The notes below the pieces were generated by a model. The model searched no databases and was not told where the DNA came from. It was given only the letters and a program-made list of their open reading frames with translations. A DNA stretch of 14,831 nt, taken from the NCBI GenBank assembly GCA_963934255.1, contig CAWVXU010000065.1:1-14831 (forward strand), read 5' to 3'. The first letter of the stretch is position 1. The number at the start of each line of letters is the position of its first letter. The position numbers were made by a program, and so were the translations under genes. Shown piece by piece: positions 1 through 7,100 of the stretch. This DNA is from an uncultured Fibrobacterales bacterium. GTDB lineage: Bacteria > Fibrobacterota > Fibrobacteria > Fibrobacterales > CAWVXU01.

Positions 1-28
1 CCATTTTTCGTTTCTTTGGCTGTTTCAT
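1..28 (-). CDS. Probable 5' end of a divergently transcribed gene (MKQPKKRKM...), running off the window start
   Basis: Minus-strand ATG at 28-26, 6 nt downstream of an SD-like GAAAGGGG (complement of 35-42). The frame stays open to position 1. Only 9 codons are visible, so no product can be assigned. Confidence 0.4.
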
Positions 29-252
29 ACTGAGCCCCTTTCTTAGTGTAAGAGCTATCAATAATGATACGCAGGTGGGGGGAAGCAAAATGGTAAACAC
101 TGTCTATGCAAAGTGAAGTTTACAAAGCAGAGGTTAAATTCATTGAAATAACAGCAAATATGGACCTTTTTGCATTGTAAAATGAATTTCATGTAGTGTT
201 TTTACAAATAGTCACAACATGCAGTGTAAGGAATGTTTTACATTTTCACCAT

Positions 253-257
253 AGGAG
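253..257 (+). promoter_or_regulatory. Shine-Dalgarno site of mraY
   Basis: AGGAG at 253-257, 10 nt upstream of ATG 268. This favours 268 over the GTG at 196 as the start. Confidence 0.75.
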
Positions 258-267
258 ATTTTTATTT

Positions 268-1395
268 ATGCTCGCACAATTACTTCATGAATGGACTGGT
301 TATGCCTTATTTGACGGACGGTTGTTCCGCGCTGGGGCTGCCGCACTTTTTGCCATTTTCTTAGTATTTCTGACTATGCCGATGTATATCAGATATTTAC
401 AAAAACTTGACGCTACATCTGATTTTGATGTCGATGGTCAAAAATCTCCTCCTATCATGGGCGGACTTTTACTTGTCGTTGTCTCCTTTATCTCAAGTTT
501 ATGTTTCGCACACATGAATGGATATGTCATCTCCACATTGGCAATACTCATTGCCTACTCTGGTGTTGGGGCAATTGATGACATCGCTAAAATTTTAAAT
601 AAACGCAAAGTCTCATCGGGTGCTATTACTAAAGCGGACTATATGGACAAAGCCGATGGAATTTCTGCATCCCTTCGCCTTTTTCTCTATTTCTTATTCA
701 GCCTCATTGTCGCAGTTTTTGCCTACAAATTCATCCCAGAACTTAAGGGTGAGCTCACCATTCCATTTATCAAGCCAGAGATTTGGAACCCTACCCTGCC
801 TAATTGGATTTTCATCATTTTTATCTCATTAGTCATCACATTCACAGCCAACGGCACAAACTTCACCGATGGTTTAGACAGCTTAGTCTCAGTACCAATT
901 ATTACGACTATGGTTTTTGTCGGTATCGTAGCCTGGGTCTCTGGCAATGTTGTATTTTCAGAATACCTAAACATTCATTTTTTACCTGGCGTAGATGAAT
1001 TATTCCCTATTGCTGCTGCTATTGCTGGTGCGCTTTTAGCCTATTTATGGTTTAATTCTCCACCTGCAGAGATTTACATGGGCGATGCTGGCTCCATTGG
1101 ATTTGGTGGAGCAATTGGTATTATGTTCATTTTGATCCAGGCTGAGCTTTTTATCCCTATCGTAGGGAGCGTTATTATGGCTGAAGCAGTATCAGTTGTC
1201 ATACAAATTGGTTATTTTAAAATGACTAAGAAGCGTGTGTTTTTATGCGCTCCACTGCACCATCATTTTCAATTTAAATGGAAGGGCAAGTACGGGGACA
1301 AATCCCAACTCAACAGTAAAATTATTTGGCGGATGCATATTGTATCCATCATTTCATTAATTGTAGGGTTAATAATTTTCTTTAAGGTGAGATAA
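268..1395 (+). CDS. mraY: Phospho-N-acetylmuramoyl-pentapeptide transferase (MraY, PNPT/Glycos_transf_4 family), 375 aa
   Basis: Polytopic membrane protein with MraY motifs in the correct order: PIMGG (cf. PTMGG), GAIDD (DD pair), NFTDGLD, WFNSPPAEIYMGDAGS (cf. FMGDxGS) and KRVFLCAPLHHHF (MraY HHH loop). Confidence 0.9.
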   Translation: MLAQLLHEWTGYALFDGRLFRAGAAALFAIFLVFLTMPMYIRYLQKLDATSDFDVDGQKSPPIMGGLLLVVVSFISSLCFAHMNGYVISTLAILIAYSGVGAIDDIAKILNKRKVSSGAITKADYMDKADGISASLRLFLYFLFSLIVAVFAYKFIPELKGELTIPFIKPEIWNPTLPNWIFIIFISLVITFTANGTNFTDGLDSLVSVPIITTMVFVGIVAWVSGNVVFSEYLNIHFLPGVDELFPIAAAIAGALLAYLWFNSPPAEIYMGDAGSIGFGGAIGIMFILIQAELFIPIVGSVIMAEAVSVVIQIGYFKMTKKRVFLCAPLHHHFQFKWKGKYGDKSQLNSKIIWRMHIVSIISLIVGLIIFFKVR

Positions 1396-2798
1396 TGAGT
1401 ATTGTAGAAGTAAAAATTGAACTTTCAAAACTAGGTCAAGCTCATCTGGTATCTCAATTAGAGAAGCTTCAAGGGTCTGAATATCAAGATTTAGAATCAG
1501 ATATTCTTCATTTAGACTTGAATTTAATTTCCGAACTTCTCGCTCAAGTGGAATCAAATTCCTCCTTGAATAATTCAGGTGAAGATCTTAAAAGTGATTC
1601 TATTAGAGATGAAGTTGCTCCCCACCCCTTTAATTCTCAAGCAGAACAATCAAGTCAGTCCCATGCTAAATGGTCTGAGCTTGGCCAAGAGGCCTTATCT
1701 GAAGGCAAAGTGGGTGCGCTCCTAGTTGCTGGTGGCCAAGGTTCTCGACTGGGTTTTGATGGACCCAAAGGCGCCTATCGCTTTGATCTTGATTCAGGTG
1801 CGAGTTTATTTCAACTTCACGCTCAAAGGATACTTAACCTCGGTCAGCGCCTTGGTAAAGAATTACCTTGGGCCATCATGACCAGCCCACAAAATCACGA
1901 TGAGACTATAGAGCACTTTGAGCAACACGATTACTTTGGTTTAAGCTCTGATCAAATTGTTTTTTTTCAGCAGGGTGTGCTTCCAGCAATTTCCCAAGAT
2001 GGTAAAATCATTTTAGCGTCAGCCTCAAGAATTCAAACCGCTCCAGATGGCAATGGTGGATGCTTTAAAGCATTTCATCAAAGTGAAGTATTTCATCAAT
2101 GGCAAAAATTGGGAATTGAGCATCTGTACATCTTTAGTGTTGATAATTGCTTAGTTCGCCCTCTTGACCCTCGCTTTATAGGATTTTATCTAGATAATAA
2201 AAAAAGCTCAGCCTCAACTGTCGTGAAGAAAGCATACCCCGCTGAACGCGTAGGGATCTTCGCTTTAAAAAACCAACTCCCGACAGTCATTGAGTACTCA
2301 GAATTAAATGATGAACAAATTAACGCCACCAACTCACAAGGTGATTTGCTTTATGACGGTGGAAATATGGCTATACACCTCATCGACATGAAAATTCTTC
2401 AAGAAGCCGCCACTGCCCCACTAGCTTACCATCAAGCACACAAAAAAATTTCTTTTTGGAATGGAAGTGAATTAGTTCACCCAAGTGAACCTAATGCCAT
2501 TAAGTTTGAACAGTTCATGTTTGATATATTCCCTCGATGTCAAAGCATGGCCCTTCTAGAAGTTGAAAGAACCGAACACTTTGCCCCTATCAAAAATGCT
2601 GAAGGTAATGACAGCCCTCAGTCAGCCAAGTTTCTTTTATTAAATCTTCATAAAAAATGGCTCGCTAAGGCCCTTAACATAAATGAATCTAATCTTGATG
2701 GGCAATATGAAATTTCACCACTTCTCTCGTATCAAGGTGAAAACTTACCCTCGACTTTGGATGAAGTCAAAACGACACCACTCATCTTTCGATCATGA
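1395..2798 (+). CDS. UDPGP type-1 family nucleotidyltransferase, probably a eukaryote-type UDP-N-acetylglucosamine/hexosamine pyrophosphorylase (UAP1/AGX-like), 467 aa
   Basis: Motifs LLVAGGQGSRLGFDGPKG, PWAIMTS, FFQQGVLP, APDGNGG, SVDN, VIEYSEL, KFEQFMFDIFP and FAPIKNAEGNDSP. No LbH hexapeptide acetyltransferase domain, so it is not bifunctional GlmU. The start overlaps the mraY stop (TAATG), with an SD-like AAGGTG at 1384-1389. Confidence 0.88.
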   Translation: MSIVEVKIELSKLGQAHLVSQLEKLQGSEYQDLESDILHLDLNLISELLAQVESNSSLNNSGEDLKSDSIRDEVAPHPFNSQAEQSSQSHAKWSELGQEALSEGKVGALLVAGGQGSRLGFDGPKGAYRFDLDSGASLFQLHAQRILNLGQRLGKELPWAIMTSPQNHDETIEHFEQHDYFGLSSDQIVFFQQGVLPAISQDGKIILASASRIQTAPDGNGGCFKAFHQSEVFHQWQKLGIEHLYIFSVDNCLVRPLDPRFIGFYLDNKKSSASTVVKKAYPAERVGIFALKNQLPTVIEYSELNDEQINATNSQGDLLYDGGNMAIHLIDMKILQEAATAPLAYHQAHKKISFWNGSELVHPSEPNAIKFEQFMFDIFPRCQSMALLEVERTEHFAPIKNAEGNDSPQSAKFLLLNLHKKWLAKALNINESNLDGQYEISPLLSYQGENLPSTLDEVKTTPLIFRS

Positions 2799-3652
2799 GG
2801 TTTAAAGTTTTTTGCCTATTAGGTGATATACTATTAGGACAAAACCTATTCAGCAAAGGACTTCAGGTTTCTTTGCTTTTTTTACACCGTAAAATCAAAC
2901 CTCACCAACATAGTCTTGTACAAGAGCGACTTGATCACTCAAATATTGTTAATCAAGGAGATGGAGAATTAAATTCACAAGATTATTTCTTACGAGTGGT
3001 GTCAAATGCCAAACAATCATGGAAAGTTCTCAGGCACCCGGAGACACTTCTCCAAAGCCTAAATATTGAAAATAAAATTCAATGGGAGCAACTATTGTCA
3101 TCAAACCAACCTCAGATATTTTGGGGCGTACATATGGGTCCCTTTGAGTGGTTGCATCAAATACTAAGCACCACGCCGAGCCAAAGAACAATCCATCTAA
3201 TCACACTAGAATCGCCGATAAGCTTGATTTCAAAACTTCGGAACGCCTCATCTTCAAAGATTAAAATTTGGCGACACACAGACCTTGGTCAAGCGACCCG
3301 CAAGGCATTAAGACACGGTGACATCATTGCCATACTACTAGACCAAGGCCCCCAAGAAATGTCAAGTAAATCAACTATCTTTAATCATCAGTGGAATCTT
3401 TTCATACATCAACTCCCTAGATGGAAGAGCATGGGATTTGAGCTGGTTTACTTTAATATTTCTCGATCTAAAGGTATCTCGTCAAATTTAAATAAATACA
3501 TATTGACGCACTCTCTGATGGATCTCAATCAGAAAGAAACATCAATTGAGTCGCAAGCAAAAGTTATAGCCAAAGCAGAATTAGAAATAGAAAATTCTAT
3601 TCAGAATTCTCCGATTGATTTTATTTGGCATTACCCCTGGCACTTACTTTAG
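2795..3652 (+). CDS. Divergent lysophospholipid acyltransferase-superfamily protein, lipid A late acyltransferase (LpxL/HtrB)-like, 285 aa
   Basis: HMGPFE (catalytic Hx4E), ALRHGDIIAILLDQ (cf. ALxxGxxvxxxxDQ) and a C-terminal ENSIQNSPIDFIWHYPW (cf. ExxIrxxPxqwxWxhxrw). The start overlaps the upstream stop (ATGA). Confidence 0.65.
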   Translation: MRFKVFCLLGDILLGQNLFSKGLQVSLLFLHRKIKPHQHSLVQERLDHSNIVNQGDGELNSQDYFLRVVSNAKQSWKVLRHPETLLQSLNIENKIQWEQLLSSNQPQIFWGVHMGPFEWLHQILSTTPSQRTIHLITLESPISLISKLRNASSSKIKIWRHTDLGQATRKALRHGDIIAILLDQGPQEMSSKSTIFNHQWNLFIHQLPRWKSMGFELVYFNISRSKGISSNLNKYILTHSLMDLNQKETSIESQAKVIAKAELEIENSIQNSPIDFIWHYPWHLL

Positions 3653-3663
3653 AAGTTAAGCCT

Positions 3664-3693
3664 AAAAAAGGCTAACCTAATGAGATTAGCCTT
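3664..3693 (-). terminator. Rho-independent terminator of the 3723-9590 gene, possibly also acting on the convergent mraY operon
   Basis: The minus strand reads AAGGCTAATCT-CATT-AGGTTAGCCTT-TTTT: an 11-bp stem with one G-U pair, running into a U tract, 29 nt after the TAG stop. Confidence 0.8.
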
Positions 3694-3722
3694 GAAAATT
3701 GTACTCTGAAAAAACGACTTTT

Positions 3723-4178
3723 CTACTTATCATTCCTTTGATAACCCACACGCTCGAGCAAAGTCGTTTTACTAGTGCGCTTGACGATGGTCTCAATGTG
3801 ACTCAGGCAAGCCCTTGGCGTGGCACTGGTGTTAATCAAGCCATTAAAGATGTAAACACCTGCCCCCCAATTAGTACCGTACTCAGATTTCATTCCAGAT
3901 TCTAACTGAGGTAATTCAAGTGCAAGTGTAACCTTACCTTTGTCATCTTGATAACGTGGATCACTTAAGTCAAATCCAGTGAATCTGACTTTAGTAACAT
4001 ACTGACCTAAATGGTCAAAAACGAAAAATGTGATTCCATCAATTTTCAATTTGAACATAGTAGAATCCTGCCCACAAGCTGCGCGCAATGAATCAGGGAT
4101 GCTGCCCTCTCTTAACGAGTCACTTGCACTATACCCTCCATTAATTGGGAAATGAAGAGTTAATTCCAATGTGGGCCC
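3723..4178 (-). other. Conserved C-terminal putative sorting domain of paralogue A (T9SS-CTD/FlgD-Ig-like signature); the equivalent in paralogue B is 9828-10283
   Basis: FFVFDHLGQYV...GTNWGAGVYIF matches the IYDxxGxxV...GvY pattern of T9SS-type C-terminal domains. Two Cys are conserved in both paralogues. The terminal GYQR is basic, and there is no TM, LPxTG or beta-barrel anchor. Confidence 0.5.
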
Positions 4179-7100
4179 AATAAGGCCTTTGTTTCGATAA
4201 TAATCAAATTCAGTTAAATTTTGACGTTTCACGAGGCCTTCGCTCGTTTGAATGCCAATTTCAACAGCCGTCAAGTTTTCTATAGAACGTGAATTATGCA
4301 CCGGAAGAATCACATTTAAATTGGCAAGCTCAATATCAGGTATTCCGTCTCCATCTTTATCAAGTTTAATATTCTTTAGACCAGGATCAGTATCGCGTTC
4401 TTTTTTCTCAAAGTACTCTAAAATTTCTTCATTTGATTTTTGCTCAATCACTTGGTCAACAATCTTAATTTGAGCTCCTGCTGCTGCAGCCTTAATTGTC
4501 ACAACATGAGTCACTGACACAGAGTTACCTGCAAAGTCAGTATAGCTCCTCGTTATTGGATAAAGACCTTGAGAAACTAACTGGATATTATTTAAGGTAT
4601 CAAGAACTCCGTCATCATCAGTAAACCACTGGACGTCAAGCTCTAAAGTTGAATGTTTTGATTTGTGCTCTGGAGTAAGTATAACCAATAAAGGAGGTGT
4701 TGTGTCTAGAATAACAGTCACATCAATTTCATTGATATTGCCATAAGGGTCTTCATAGAAGATTGTCCTCGTAAGCTCTTTGCCTTCTTTAGCAAATTCG
4801 TTTGTGGCAATCAAGGAATCAAAGGTGATTGTCTCTAGATCCTCATTTACATAGGTAATTTGAACGATAATTGAATCTTCAGTGTCATTGATATAATAAA
4901 CATTATCGGCGGTATCAAGAGGAACTGTCGAGTCTACCACAATGACAAGTATTGGAATTACTTTAGAGACCGTGACTTCTGCTCGAGCTTTCTCATGAAT
5001 ATCCATAGTCACATCATCATTTGACTCTTGTAAGCGGTTGAGGCCTTCTTCTACTGAATATTTAATCGTGTCAAGCACTCCACCTTTATCATAGACAATA
5101 GTTACTGAGTCATCAGAAGTAAAGAATTCATCTACACCTTCAACTGACCGACCAGACTCGTCAAAGATTTTAACTATCTCTATTTCAGCAACTTCAACCA
5201 CATTGATAAGTGATACAATTGTTTTATTCGTATCAGCAAACTCTCCATCAGTGACTATCACATCCAAGAAATAAGTTTTTTGATCTTCAAAATCAAGAAC
5301 CACGCCTTCACGAACCATTAAATCACCAGTAGCGGGATCAACAACAAATTTGGTAGAGTCTATTAACGAATAAGTTGCAACTGACCCAGCGTCCTCATCA
5401 GTAGAAGTGATTGTTCCAATGACTGTTCCACCGGGTTGATTTTCTTCAATCTGGATGACTTGATTATCGATAACTGGTGCGTCGTTGACATCACCCAATC
5501 TAATAGTCACATTTTTAAGAGTGGAGCCACTGTCATCTGCTACCATAAAGATGACATTAATATATTCACTTAACTCAAAATTGAGTGTGCTATCATTTTT
5601 GAGAGTAATCACACCTGTCAAAGAATCAATTAAGAACAAGGTATCTCCTGGAAGACTCCAAGTTAAAACAGAACTGTCTTCATCTTCGGCAGTCACATTG
5701 CCTGTGGCAATAGTTCCCCTAAGAGTATTCTCATCAATATTTAAAGTATCTGCCGTGATAATTGGAGGGACGTTGACATTGTTCACTATGATGACCATTG
5801 ATGACAATACAGTATCTCCATTTGAAACGGCAGTAATAACAAGATCATACTGTGGTTTGGTTTCAAAATCTAGGCGATTTTGGGTAGTTAATCTCCCATT
5901 GACTACATCTATCGTCAAATCAGAATCTGTATTACCTGAGGTAATTGAATAAATAAATGAATCATTTTTGTCTAAGTCTACACCGACTACAAATGTTAGA
6001 AAATGGGTTGGATTTGCCGCTTCAGTCACATATATAGTATCACTATTAACCGATGGAAGATTGTCATTTACATCGACTAATTGAATTATAACCGTTGCAT
6101 ATACTGTATCCCCAACATCAAAAACTCCGACGCTCAGAGTGTGACTTTCGTCGGATTCGAAATCCAACTGAGTATCATCCATCACTCTAATTTCACCACC
6201 AGGAGTAATTGCAAATGCATTGGCATAACTTTGTGAACTGATAAACATTGTTAGAGCATCATTATCAGCATCTGATGCGCTTAAACTACCTACCACATAA
6301 CCATTGACTTCATCCTCATCTACCTCGAAAAGTTTATCAGCAATTTGCGGTAAATTATCATTTACGTTAGTGATATTAACTGTGACTTGCGCTTCTACAG
6401 TATTGAACCCATCCGTTACCTCTACTGTCAGTAGATGAATTGGGTCTGTTTCATAATCAATAAGGTTTGTATTGGATACAGTTAAGGCGCCTGTCACAGA
6501 ATTCAAATTAAAAGCACCAAAGTATTCATGAGTTTTGATTGAATAATAAAGAATATCCAAATCCCCATCCGCATCAATGGCAAGAAGACTACCTACGTTG
6601 GAACCATTTGGTGACGATTCACTGATTGTATAACTTATATCTGTAAGGACTGGTATGTTATCATTTAGGTTTTGAATATTAACCGTTACAGTCACATCAA
6701 CCGTATTAAGCCCATCACTCACTTGAATCGTTAATAATTGAATTGGATCAGCTTCATAGTCAATACTCGAATTGTTAAGAACAGTGATTTGGCCCAGACT
6801 GTCAATTGCAAAAGTCCCGGGGTAATCTTCAGCAATAATTTGGTAACTCAGGGTGTCAGTGTCCAAATCAGTAGCTGCATGTGTCCCCACAAGAACTCCG
6901 TTAGCAATGTCTTCATCAATATTAAAGGATATATCGCTATATATAGGGAGGTTATCATTTACATCTGTGACGTTAATTGTCACTGTTGAATTGACAGTAA
7001 ACACACCATCGCTCACTTGTACATCAAGTGTGTGGGTTTGGCGTGATTCATAATCAATCATGTCACCATCAACAACACTTAACTGACCCGATGCATCTAC

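Noticed and set aside
196..267. 24-codon N-terminal extension of mraY from GTG 196
   Set aside because: There is no SD before 196, a good AGGAG precedes ATG 268, and the extension is not MraY-like.
620..1557. Small ORFs overlapping mraY and the pyrophosphorylase (620-832, 723-974, 804-998, 1369-1557)
   Set aside because: They are alternative-frame or antisense overlaps of conserved genes with no independent support.
1960..1967. T8 run in the pyrophosphorylase, and G6 at 77-82, as phase-variation tracts
   Set aside because: The runs are short. The T8 encodes the VFF of the conserved FFQQ region in frame, and such T runs are common in AT-rich DNA.
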